Numbered from the stretch's first letter, positions 33,578 through 42,458 are shown. The stretch: DNA of 47,309 bases from Thermoplasmata archaeon (GCA_023130895.1 JAGMAI010000020.1:1-47309), one strand, 5' to 3'. Made by a program: numbers and translations. The notes: generated from the sequence alone by a model not told the origin.

Positions 33578-36500
33578 CTAGCCTCCCTTGGATTCAACAT
33601 CAACAACGGTCTTGTCTGAAGTTTCCCATCCCTCTATCAAGACCTCCCCTTTGTGGACAAGACGGATCTTCGGATTATCTATCGGATTCTTGACTATCTC
33701 AATGCGCGGTGTGCTTCCCTTTTTCAGATTCTCAACCTTGTAGATGTAGTATTTCTTCTTGTCCTTGCGAGCTCTGTCGTATTGAGAGGGTCGAAGCTTG
33801 ATGTTGGACCTCCTTCCTTTCGAAGCCTTGATTTCGATTAGACGATCCCCTCCTTTGCCCGACGAAATCAAATCGCAACCTTCCTCATCATATTCCCTTA
33901 CGTCCATGACGTTCTCTCGGCGTTGAGATTGCTCGAACAGTCTCACGACTTCGACGGCAATGTCTTCCGTCATCCGGGACGAAAACGGAGTATATGTCGT
34001 TGAGATATCCTTCTTTCTACGCCTCTTCTGGGCCCTGGGTTTTCTTCTCCTAACTGGGATGTTTGTGGTCTTCCCTGTCTTGATGCCTTTCACGATGAAA
34101 CCGTGTATCGTCTCAATCGGGAAGACCTCCTCCTCTTTGCTCTCGGGTGTTGGTGCTTTGGGCGGTTTCGTGACGACGTCGACAACTTCACCTATCTCTT
34201 CTTCTAAATACTCCTCAGGGACCTCAGGTTCTTCTGCGGCTGTAGGGAGCTTGACCACTTGGCTCACATCCTCGACGTATTTTTTGAATACCGGGCCCTT
34301 TTCTAGTCCCCATTTCTTGATGACGATGTCGAGGTCATCTGGGTTCTGGTGCAGGTCATTGACCAAGGGCTCCAAATGAGGGCTCAAGGGTCCGAAGATT
34401 GAGGCAACACATCTTGAGAAGTCGCCTCTTGCGGCCTCAAGCCAGGGGTCGTTGTCTGCATTGGACACTGCGAGTTCTCCTCCAGACAAGAATACGGACA
34501 CGTTGCCTCTCATCCGTCGCTTTCCATCCAAGTAGTATGCCACCTTGATATTCCGTGCCGTGAAAATCCTCAGTTGCTCGAGTCTCGAGATGTTGTCCCT
34601 TTGCTCGTCGTATGAAGTGCTGAACCGGTTCTCGATGAATGCTTCAATGATCTCACAGAATTCCCTGAACTTCTCTTGATCATCCTCGTGAATGGCCTTC
34701 TTCTCAACGTATTTGGCCTTTCTTCTCTTCCTGAGGCTCCGTAGTGATTTGAAGCCGATTCTCATCAGTGATGATGAAATGGATGTTATCTCGGCATTGT
34801 ACCACAGAGTATTGACTACGTCTTTGAAGACATTATGGATTTTATCATCATCCATCAGGTAGGTCTCACTCGGCCTCGGGAATTCATCCTTCTCGGTCAG
34901 AAACACGCTTTCGTCAAGCGTCCTGAGGTCATCATCAGAGGTGGATTCGTCCTGAATCAGTCGACTCAGTCCCTCCAGGGCATAAATGATTCTCCCTTTG
35001 AGTTCTTGTTTCCTGTCGGTGGAGGCCTCTCCATACTCCTTCTTGATTCGCTCAAGGATGACTTTGTATTCCAAGAGAGCCGGAGCGCCTCTTACACCCA
35101 AGGACGTGAAGACCTTTGCGAGTGCTGTATCGTACGCTCCCTCTTGGAACAGTGGCTGATAGTGCGGTTTGAGTGAGTAGTCAATTGCCTCAGCAGCAAA
35201 GACCTGATCCCTGTGCCACCAGAGCTTCATCCTTCCTCCCACTCTTGCGGGGAGGAAGACTAGGAATTTCTTGGAGAATACATCTTCTATCGCATCTTTC
35301 AAATCACCCTCAGCCTCAGATTTCTCGATCAGATACTCATAATGTGATTCCGTTATGCGAAAACCATCCGATGGTATCTTCCGAATACTGTCCCACCGTG
35401 CTTTTGTCTCTTGCAGCCTCTTAAGCACATCCTCGGGCCTTGGCTCTTCGACGACTCCAATCTCTCGATAGAACTCCTTTGACCCGGACGGTATACGAAT
35501 GAAATCGCAGCCTGGTGGTGCTAGATGTCTGTTCCGTGTAGTGTCAACGTATACCATGGAAGGAGGTATTAGTCTTCCATCTGCAGATCTCGGGAACCAA
35601 GGTCTCCTGAGTTCTTGCAGGAGGGACGAGTCCATCTTGAAGTCACCTGGTGAGTAGTGGAAATAGAAAACCTGGACCCTTCGAAAAGGCTGGTATTTCT
35701 TCCAGTTCCTCGCAATGCTTTCACGGATCAGAACCAACTGGTGCTTCAAACGCCTTCTCTTGGCTGTGTCTTTCTCCTCGTTGTATTTCCGCACCGTCTC
35801 TGTCAACTCGGGCATTGTCCAGTCTTCAAACTCATATCCACGCGTTGAGTCGTATTCACCGGACCAATTGACGCCCGAGAAGTCTTTCTTCAGTCTTGAG
35901 TCCCATCGACTATAACGCCTATTGATACAAACCACTCGCGGAGTGTCCCAACAGCCCATTAGCTCAAAGAAATCATCCCAAGAATACGTTTTGCGTCTCT
36001 TCTTTGCCCCTGAGATCGGTATGCTGGTAAAACCACCTATGACTCTCTTCGAGAAGTACTTCCTCGATAGAAAGGGTACGTCAGTCAGACTCCGGAACTG
36101 GTTCTCGTGCAACAGTCTCCTCTTCTCACCACGTCTGTAGACCTCTACCGGTGGCAGGAAGACATTCCTCTTCTTGCCCCCCGAGTCTCTCATCTCTGCG
36201 ATTAGGAGGATTCTCGACCTGATGTCCGAAAAAATGTCCCAATCATCCGTCTTCCTAAGGCTTCTTCCATACTCGCTTCGATAGTATGATAGGTTCTCAA
36301 CGATGTACTTTGTGAAAAGAACAGCTCTCTTGTAGCTCATACGCTTTCCATCTCGCACTTCCTCGAATCTCGGCAGAATGAGTCTTGTGATGATGTGGTG
36401 TGCTTCAACCGTCCCTATTACACCGAGCGTCTCGAAGAGCCTGTGCACCTTATCGAGTCGCGGGTCGTAGTTCTTGTTCCTCTTCTGACTTCGCGATATC

Positions 36501-38119
36501 CTGAACGCTCTGTGGAGGAATATCAATTCGTGCTTGCCAAATAGCTCGGTGAAGAACGCCGTCTGTCTGTTCATGTACTGATTGGCGATTAGCCTGGGCT
36601 TTTCCGTTTTGATTGGATCCCGGGGTTGAACAAGCTCACCATTCTCGGATAGGAGAATCGGGATGTCCATCAAGCTCCTCTTGTCAAATTCATCGAGATT
36701 CTCATACACGTAAGAATAGACGGATACAAACCAATCAGGGTTGGAGGTCTTCGTCTTTATGTTCTTGCCATTACTGAAGAAGGTCTGGATATCTTCAGGT
36801 CCGAATTCATCGAGACCTAGCAGAGACAGGCTATCTCTTTCCGACTCAGTATATTCATCAGATATCGCGGCTTTGTCGCTTCCGTAGATGTCCCTGAGGT
36901 CGTCATTGTTGAGTAAATCCCACAGTTCATGAGGAAGGTTCACAGATTCTCTGGGTGTCCTGAAATCCTTGTCTCTGGTATATGATGTCCTTTTCCCTTT
37001 CAGATTCTCATAGATGTCCTCGATGTATCTGCTGAACAGCTCGTCATGACACCTGTCTTCTAGGGGAAGGAATGACATGATTCGGATTCTGAGAGCCGAG
37101 TCGGCCTTGAGGGCCTCAAATGCGTCCCCCACCAATTGCGGCAAGTGGCTCAGCAGATGCTTGTTCCAAGGGTGGTCTTCATCGATGTTGCTTCTGCCCA
37201 GTATTGGCAGGAAATCGCCCTGAACTACGAAAGCGTACCCAGTCAATCGCTCTGTCGGCAAATAGCAGAATAGCTTCTGAGGAGGGCGAGGGTCTTCGGA
37301 ACCCAGAGGGAATGCCAAAGCCATCTCGGTTTCCCTCACTTCTTCTTTTCCTGTCGGTCTTAGAATGCTCTCTGGCACGTCGATTGTCTTCTTGAACACT
37401 CTCCATCTCGATTCGCTTCCTGTGAACGAATTCCTCAGAATACCACGTCTGAGGTCGTAGGATAGGGTGTAGGTCTCTTCTTCCTCTCCTCTCCTGTCAA
37501 CGATGTAAATCCTTCTAGTTCGGTCAAGAAACAGCAATAGGTACTCCTTTGTCTCTTCTAGGAGCCTTTCAAGTACTCTGTCGCATTCCTCCTGAGATTT
37601 CGATGTCAGGACGAAAATCGCGCCCTTCTTGGAATTAAATTCTACATCCTTAGGAATTCTGTTGCAGGGCTCTGGATGATAGTAGTCATCAATCACGAAA
37701 TTGAATCTTCCGGATATTATGTGGGGGCTATCCGTCACTCTCTTAACCGACTTGAATCCGATTCCAAAGAATCCCTTTTTGTTCTTCTTTAGGCTATGTC
37801 CCGCATAACATATCGTTCTGACATCGTCTCTTGAGAACTTCCTTCCGTTGTTCGTCACAACAATCCTGGCATCCTTTTCGAAGTAGAATCTGATTTCCGT
37901 AGCTTTCTCGTCGTCAGCATTCTGTATCATTTCCAGTGCGAAATGAGAAGGTGATGAGTAGACACTCTGAGAGACGAAATCTGTCAGTCTCCTGACCAAT
38001 GGATCGTCTCGATATTTCTCATTCTCATTGGCGACCTTCCGAATGAAATCGTGGTCCCATTCCCATTCAAAGACTATTGCCTCACCCCCACACGCTTTTG
38101 GAGCGGCAAGTTGAATCAT
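33578..38119 (-). CDS. Giant sacsin-like GHKL (HATPase_c) ATPase with a C-terminal DUF3883-type PD-(D/E)xK nuclease-like domain
   Basis: 1513 aa. The N-terminus is HFALEMIQNADDEKATEIRFYF...VVTNNGRKFSRDDVRTI...KKGFFGIGFKSV...SPHIISG, the sacsin/MORC-type Bergerat fold. The C-terminus is EEGCDLISSGKGGDRLIEIKASKGRRSNIKLRPSQYDRARKDKKKYYIYKVENL, the DUF3883 pattern. No P-loop was found in the roughly 1100 aa between them. Confidence 0.8.
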   Translation of the reverse strand: MIQLAAPKACGGEAIVFEWEWDHDFIRKVANENEKYRDDPLVRRLTDFVSQSVYSSPSHFALEMIQNADDEKATEIRFYFEKDARIVVTNNGRKFSRDDVRTICYAGHSLKKNKKGFFGIGFKSVKRVTDSPHIISGRFNFVIDDYYHPEPCNRIPKDVEFNSKKGAIFVLTSKSQEECDRVLERLLEETKEYLLLFLDRTRRIYIVDRRGEEEETYTLSYDLRRGILRNSFTGSESRWRVFKKTIDVPESILRPTGKEEVRETEMALAFPLGSEDPRPPQKLFCYLPTERLTGYAFVVQGDFLPILGRSNIDEDHPWNKHLLSHLPQLVGDAFEALKADSALRIRIMSFLPLEDRCHDELFSRYIEDIYENLKGKRTSYTRDKDFRTPRESVNLPHELWDLLNNDDLRDIYGSDKAAISDEYTESERDSLSLLGLDEFGPEDIQTFFSNGKNIKTKTSNPDWFVSVYSYVYENLDEFDKRSLMDIPILLSENGELVQPRDPIKTEKPRLIANQYMNRQTAFFTELFGKHELIFLHRAFRISRSQKRNKNYDPRLDKVHRLFETLGVIGTVEAHHIITRLILPRFEEVRDGKRMSYKRAVLFTKYIVENLSYYRSEYGRSLRKTDDWDIFSDIRSRILLIAEMRDSGGKKRNVFLPPVEVYRRGEKRRLLHENQFRSLTDVPFLSRKYFSKRVIGGFTSIPISGAKKRRKTYSWDDFFELMGCWDTPRVVCINRRYSRWDSRLKKDFSGVNWSGEYDSTRGYEFEDWTMPELTETVRKYNEEKDTAKRRRLKHQLVLIRESIARNWKKYQPFRRVQVFYFHYSPGDFKMDSSLLQELRRPWFPRSADGRLIPPSMVYVDTTRNRHLAPPGCDFIRIPSGSKEFYREIGVVEEPRPEDVLKRLQETKARWDSIRKIPSDGFRITESHYEYLIEKSEAEGDLKDAIEDVFSKKFLVFLPARVGGRMKLWWHRDQVFAAEAIDYSLKPHYQPLFQEGAYDTALAKVFTSLGVRGAPALLEYKVILERIKKEYGEASTDRKQELKGRIIYALEGLSRLIQDESTSDDDLRTLDESVFLTEKDEFPRPSETYLMDDDKIHNVFKDVVNTLWYNAEITSISSSLMRIGFKSLRSLRKRRKAKYVEKKAIHEDDQEKFREFCEIIEAFIENRFSTSYDEQRDNISRLEQLRIFTARNIKVAYYLDGKRRMRGNVSVFLSGGELAVSNADNDPWLEAARGDFSRCVASIFGPLSPHLEPLVNDLHQNPDDLDIVIKKWGLEKGPVFKKYVEDVSQVVKLPTAAEEPEVPEEYLEEEIGEVVDVVTKPPKAPTPESKEEEVFPIETIHGFIVKGIKTGKTTNIPVRRRKPRAQKRRRKKDISTTYTPFSSRMTEDIAVEVVRLFEQSQRRENVMDVREYDEEGCDLISSGKGGDRLIEIKASKGRRSNIKLRPSQYDRARKDKKKYYIYKVENLKKGSTPRIEIVKNPIDNPKIRLVHKGEVLIEGWETSDKTVVDVESKGG

Positions 38120-38341
38120 GATTGGACTTCATATTGTTTTCGACTTGACCACGAATGTAGCAGGGGATTCTCAGGAGTCAAGTGTGAATTGAAGTGAGAG
38201 AGGTCTTGATGAACCTGCTCCGTTCACTTCGTCTCCTGTCTGCCGTCCTTGAATTGTCGATGGGTGGGCCTTGTCTCGGAACAGGGTAGCCCTTCACGAA
38301 AACTCTAAGATGTTCAAACCGATTGGACAATCGAGGATCTC

Positions 38342-38911
38342 ATGATGAACAAGCAAGAGATGATTGAGGCAATGATGGCCTTCTTTGAGACAGGACAAGA
38401 AATCTACGGCGTTTGTCCCTGCTGCAGCGAAATCTTCAGAGTCAGCGAGATGCAGATCTTCTATGGAAAGGAGCCTCCCGTTGACTGGCTAGGCAGACTA
38501 AGAGATAGAGAAGGAAAACTCGAGGAGAGCAAGAAGCTGTTTGAACAAGATAAGAAGAGAATCATCGAGAAGGCAATCGAGCAGTCTCTCGCAATTCGAA
38601 TCGGAAAAACGCTGGAGCATATTGCACCAATCATCCCGCAGCTTGGGCACCATCCTAGCGATGTCAGAGCCTTGTTCAACCCGATTGACTACGTCGCATT
38701 CAACGGAATGTTTGAGAAGAAGGATATCGACAACATCTCGTTCATAGAAATCAAGACCGGGAAGTCATCGTTGACGACTATCCAAAGAAGAATCCGTGAT
38801 GCCATCAACGATGGACGCGTCGAATGGAAGCTGTACAACATAACAGACCTCATTGAAGATGAACTGAAGAGGTCGAATCAGGATAGTCGCATCCTGAAGG
38901 ATTTCATGTAA
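38342..38911 (+). CDS. Endonuclease related to the archaeal Holliday junction resolvase (COG4741-like), with an N-terminal CxxC and coiled coil
   Basis: 189 aa. CPCCSEIF and a coiled coil are followed by PSDVRALFNPIDYVAFNG...ISFIEIKTGKSSLTTIQRRIRDAINDGRVEW, a D...E-x-K nuclease core with the family-typical tail. Confidence 0.6.
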   Translation: MMNKQEMIEAMMAFFETGQEIYGVCPCCSEIFRVSEMQIFYGKEPPVDWLGRLRDREGKLEESKKLFEQDKKRIIEKAIEQSLAIRIGKTLEHIAPIIPQLGHHPSDVRALFNPIDYVAFNGMFEKKDIDNISFIEIKTGKSSLTTIQRRIRDAINDGRVEWKLYNITDLIEDELKRSNQDSRILKDFM

Positions 38912-38939
38912 CAGGTGCAGGTTCGCAGAAGGGTTATCC

Positions 38940-39545
38940 ATGATCGGTCGCGATGATGTGGAAAAGCGGCTTGGAACGCTGGACGCCGAGATAAGACAAT
39001 GCAATCTCTGTCCAGAAAGAGACCAGTTTCCTGCGACTTCCAGGACATTTCAGCTTGGCAGTCAGAAGAACGTCCTTTTCATTGGCAGGGACCCTGCAAA
39101 GGAAGGTTGGCGGAAGTCGGGGACAGCCTTCTTCAAGACTGACGGCAGCATGCTTCAATCAGGAAAGATCTTCAGCAATCAGCTGAAGGAAGTCGGGATG
39201 GAAATCGAAGACATCACATTCGTGGAGCTCATCAAGTGTTTTCCGGTTGGCGATAAGATGCGAAATCCCAGAAGAAGCGAAATCGAGAATTGTAGACGCT
39301 GGCTTGACCGCCAAATGGGCATTCTCAGGCCAAAGGTCATAGTTCCCATGGGAAAGGAGTGCTATGAGTTCTTCCGCAGGAAAAGAGTGAGTTCTCTCTC
39401 AGCGTGTATCGAGAGAACGGAAAGTGTGTCCTACCACGGCATTCCTGTTGTTCCGATCTTTCACCCATCTAGTGCAAATCAGAAGTGCAATTGGAGGAAT
39501 GTTGTCATTCTGAAGGGTATCATGGAGGAATTCGGAGGTGACTGA
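38940..39545 (+). CDS. Uracil-DNA glycosylase superfamily protein (family 4/5-like Fe-S scaffold, atypical motif A)
   Basis: 201 aa. Four Cys sit in the family-4 arrangement (QCNLC ... IKCFP ... x16 ... ENCRRWL). Motif A is VLFIGRDPAKEG instead of GE(A/G)PG. Motif B is VVPIFHPSS. The order and spacing of the motifs match UDG family 4. Confidence 0.7.
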   Translation: MIGRDDVEKRLGTLDAEIRQCNLCPERDQFPATSRTFQLGSQKNVLFIGRDPAKEGWRKSGTAFFKTDGSMLQSGKIFSNQLKEVGMEIEDITFVELIKCFPVGDKMRNPRRSEIENCRRWLDRQMGILRPKVIVPMGKECYEFFRRKRVSSLSACIERTESVSYHGIPVVPIFHPSSANQKCNWRNVVILKGIMEEFGGD

Positions 39546-39986
39546 TTGGTGCTTGTAATAGGTGAGGACGATCTGAGGAGAATAAGGGAAATTCTGGAAC
39601 AAGGATGGTCAGAGGAGACAGCACACAACCGTGAGGAATGGCGAAAGTCGCTGTGCAGGAGCAACGGACAGTGCTATGGTACAGCTAGGACGGTGAATCG
39701 TGTGTTTGAGTGGGAGATTATACGTATACGGGTTCCAGGGAAAGGTGTCGACCACTATTGGAATCGAATGCCCGATGGAAGAGACATTGATTTCACGTCT
39801 GACCAGTTCGGAGGTGACGGCATTCACAAAGTCGAAGATTGGCAAGGTACACTGGTAAGAAGGGGCTACAAGACCATCAATCCGCGGTTAAGGAGATATC
39901 TGAAGGTAGTCGAAGGACCTTTGAGGATATTCAAACAAGAACTGGAGTCAAGAGAACCAGGGAAAGACGAAGGAGGAAAGACATGA
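39546..39986 (+). CDS. YunG-like protein (function unknown)
   Basis: 146 aa (TTG at 39546 or GTG at 39549), abutting the UDG stop. SNGQCYGTARTV...VDHYWNRMPDGRDIDFTSDQF resembles the GQC...HYWN...D-x-T-x-x-QF pattern that I recall for YunG-family proteins. Confidence 0.4.
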   Translation: MVLVIGEDDLRRIREILEQGWSEETAHNREEWRKSLCRSNGQCYGTARTVNRVFEWEIIRIRVPGKGVDHYWNRMPDGRDIDFTSDQFGGDGIHKVEDWQGTLVRRGYKTINPRLRRYLKVVEGPLRIFKQELESREPGKDEGGKT

Positions 39987-40531
39987 ATGACATAGATGCG
40001 GCAATCAACAAGGCAAAGACCGACCTGTTTGAATACTTCTCAATGTCGCCAAGTGTGGTCTGGAAAGAAGAGGATCTGCAGTCGTACCTCTATCATCGAT
40101 TGCTGATTTACGAGCCAAGGCTGAAGAAGAGACTACATCGAGAGTTCCCAGTTGTCAGGTCGTTTAAGAATCGTGACTGGGCGGGAATGCTGGACCTGGC
40201 CATCACAGAAGAGAGCAATAGCAACTTCAGGGTTTTGGATGTCAAAGTCGAATACGCCATTGAACTGAAATTCCTGAGGAATTGGGAAACTGGGTCGAGC
40301 CCCAGAAGCCTCGCCAAGTTCGAGAAAGAGTGCAGGGAGGATGTTGGAAAGCTGAGAACGAGGGCAGTGAACTTCAATGATGATACGAAGAAGTACTTCT
40401 TCGCGCTCAGACTCACGGATGTCCGACAGACTCATGAGGTTCGGAGGATCTTCGAAGAAATGGACTGGGGCGGCATTGAGCACGGCTACATTGAGTGCTA
40501 CACTGACGGTTCAGAATCTCAAGTGCTATAA
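39983..40531 (+). CDS. Hypothetical protein with a PD-(D/E)xK-like motif
   Basis: 182 aa from the ATG at 39983, in an ATGA overlap with the upstream stop. GMLDLAITEE...VEYAIELKF gives a D...E-x-K arrangement. The ORF track extends the frame upstream to 39839. Confidence 0.45.
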   Translation: MNDIDAAINKAKTDLFEYFSMSPSVVWKEEDLQSYLYHRLLIYEPRLKKRLHREFPVVRSFKNRDWAGMLDLAITEESNSNFRVLDVKVEYAIELKFLRNWETGSSPRSLAKFEKECREDVGKLRTRAVNFNDDTKKYFFALRLTDVRQTHEVRRIFEEMDWGGIEHGYIECYTDGSESQVL

Positions 40532-40606
40532 AGAGTCCGCTCTCTTGCTCTCCTCAGAATCGTCGCACAGGCAGTGTTAAAGCGATAAAGGAGCTATACC
40601 GCGGGG

Positions 40607-40894
40607 ATGAAGGACAAGAAACCGAGGTATGGAGAGAAAACCATTGAACTGACTGTAAGGTTCTGGACGAATGACATCTCGAGGAAGGAAAACCACATCG
40701 TTCCGAGGGTCTGCTGGGAGCATGGCATGATTACTCTGAAGAAGAACGAGAGCCACGGCCTGGCAGTGAAAAGGAAACCCTTCAAATCGATTGCGCACCT
40801 ATCTAGGGCCGTAGAAGAACTCCTCAAGGCTTCCAACGTGGAAGTCCTTCACGGACGATATACCAAACCTCTGTATTCTGACAAGTTGAAGTAG
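40607..40894 (+). CDS. Hypothetical small protein (95 aa)
   Basis: ORF with an ATG start. No motif was recognised. Confidence 0.35.
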   Translation: MKDKKPRYGEKTIELTVRFWTNDISRKENHIVPRVCWEHGMITLKKNESHGLAVKRKPFKSIAHLSRAVEELLKASNVEVLHGRYTKPLYSDKLK

Positions 40895-41045
40895 TAGTCA
40901 GAAGTTCACGTACAACAGTGCTCCACTCCAGAGGCAACTAGAAGTAGTTGGGCGGGGGGGGACGTCAATGGAGATTCGTAGATTGGAGAGTGTGCCAGAA
41001 AGGGACATATGGCGATCGTAGCTAGCTGTCCTCGGGACCCTTTCT

Positions 41046-42335
41046 CTAGCGCGGAAGCCTAAGGACCACCTTCTCGTTCGGAAGAGATGTGACGAACTCC
41101 CATCCTTCCTCAAGATACCCCTCAATCTCATCAATTGAGATTGCCTTCTGACTGCAGTTGCTGTTCCCCTTTGTGCTGAGCAGTCGGTCACGAACAGTTT
41201 CCCTGAGCTTGTCTTCTGCCAGATCAAGAAGATCGTCCTTCTCCATCTCTTCATCGGTGAAACCAGCCATCCGAAGCAATTCTGCACGAAACATTCGCTT
41301 CAGGTCTTCTCCTTTGGGAGACTCGGGCACTGTGGTCTGGAGGTGCTCTTGGCTTTTTCTGTATGCTTCCCGCATGTCGTCTATTATGTGAGGCGGAAGT
41401 CTGTTCTTGTTCGTGGTATATGTGTGCTCGATATCACCTTTATGTCCCATCCACAGTGTACGATAGTCCCTGAGGACGAGACCCTTTGATTCCGCGAACA
41501 TCAGTTGGGTGTCGAAATAGGAACGCAACACGTAGGGCCGCCAAGAGAAGCCTGCCTTTCTTATCGACCTTCGAATGGTCTCGCTCACCTTCGTTGTGGA
41601 AATGAACCTCTTGGCTGCTGTCTTCGGCTTGAGTATCGAAGAGCGTCTGCCAAACTTCTCGCCCTCCCTGAGCCTCTCTTCCAGGTAGTCCTTCAGATAA
41701 TCACAGCCCTCTTCGGAGAGGAAGGTGATGTACTTGTGTCCTGCCTTGCTGAGCTCTGGTCTCACGACAATCATTGCTGGTACCTCTGAGAACTCTATAG
41801 TGTCTCCTTTGATCTGGAGTTCGGGGATGTCGCCTATCCGAAGACCATCGTCACCCAGATATGCCCCCAATGACTGGAGCCTCAACCCTGAATGAGCCAC
41901 CAAAACACAAGCAACTCTGCTCTTCTTGTCTCCAGAGAGGAGTATCTTCTTCAGTTCTTGGGGCGTTGGAACTCTCTCATCCTTCAGTGTTGGGAACGTG
42001 TTTCCGCCTCTAATCTTTATCTTCTTCGTCAGGACCTTGTCATTGTGTGTAAGCCACGATTTGAGCGCTCGCATTATCGATCCGATATAGGAACCCGCCT
42101 TTCCCTCTCCTTCGAGTTCGCTTACATAGTCTAGCAGGATCGCATAGAGTTCCTTCTCGCTCTTCCCAGCGAGTTCCTTGGGAGTCGTCTCTTGTCTCAC
42201 ACAGAAGTTCCCGAGACGTCTGAGGTAAACATCAGCTGTTACAACAGAACCCCTAGCGTTGTTATCATACCACCTTCGGACTTCCGGGTCCTCGAGCAGT
42301 TCTCTGTAACGCAGTCCCCTTGCTTTTTTCGTCAC
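41046..42335 (-). CDS. Tyrosine recombinase / integrase
   Basis: 429 aa. The catalytic-core pattern is VAHSGLRLQSL (Arg I), SKAGHKY (Lys), RPYVLRSYF (Arg II), LWMGHKG (His) and IEHTYT (Tyr nucleophile). The gene lies next to the tRNA 3' end. Confidence 0.85.
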   Translation of the reverse strand: MTKKARGLRYRELLEDPEVRRWYDNNARGSVVTADVYLRRLGNFCVRQETTPKELAGKSEKELYAILLDYVSELEGEGKAGSYIGSIMRALKSWLTHNDKVLTKKIKIRGGNTFPTLKDERVPTPQELKKILLSGDKKSRVACVLVAHSGLRLQSLGAYLGDDGLRIGDIPELQIKGDTIEFSEVPAMIVVRPELSKAGHKYITFLSEEGCDYLKDYLEERLREGEKFGRRSSILKPKTAAKRFISTTKVSETIRRSIRKAGFSWRPYVLRSYFDTQLMFAESKGLVLRDYRTLWMGHKGDIEHTYTTNKNRLPPHIIDDMREAYRKSQEHLQTTVPESPKGEDLKRMFRAELLRMAGFTDEEMEKDDLLDLAEDKLRETVRDRLLSTKGNSNCSQKAISIDEIEGYLEEGWEFVTSLPNEKVVLRLPR

Positions 42336-42385
42336 AAGACGTAATCGGCGTCCTCATATTAGAGCGTTTCGAACCGCTATCAGTA

Positions 42386-42458
42386 TGGGCTCAGCCGGAT
42401 TCGAACCGGCGACCTTCTCTGTGTGAGAGAGACGTCATAACCGCTAGACCATGAGCCC
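42386..42458 (-). tRNA. tRNA-Val: tRNA-Val (anticodon CAC)
   Basis: The reverse complement reads GGGCTCA TG GTCT AGCGGTTA TGAC G TCTCT CTCACAC AGAGA AGGTC GCCGG TTCGAAT CCGGC TGAGCCC A. It forms a 73-nt cloverleaf with a 7-bp acceptor stem, 5-bp anticodon and T stems, a T-loop TTCGAAT, and anticodon CAC at positions 34-36. No CCA is encoded. Confidence 0.85.

Larger units (their letters stand above)
1..42385. mobile_element. Putative integrated element or mosaic genomic island abutting tRNA-Val. The right end is at the tRNA 3' end. The left end was not identified and may lie outside the window.
   Basis: A tyrosine integrase starts 50 nt from the tRNA 3' end. Spot GC counts step from about 43-50 percent (left) to about 58-62 percent (right) at the tRNA. 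The left side is enriched in RM, nuclease, HEPN-like and ATPase genes and carries a decayed gene fragment. No matching att direct repeat was found. Confidence 0.4.

Noticed and set aside
40954-40961. G8 homopolymer between the convergent 3' ends of the 40607-40894 ORF and the integrase gene, considered as a slipped-strand phase-variation tract
   Set aside because: It lies in a non-coding 3' region between convergent genes, so length changes would not shift any reading frame or obvious promoter.
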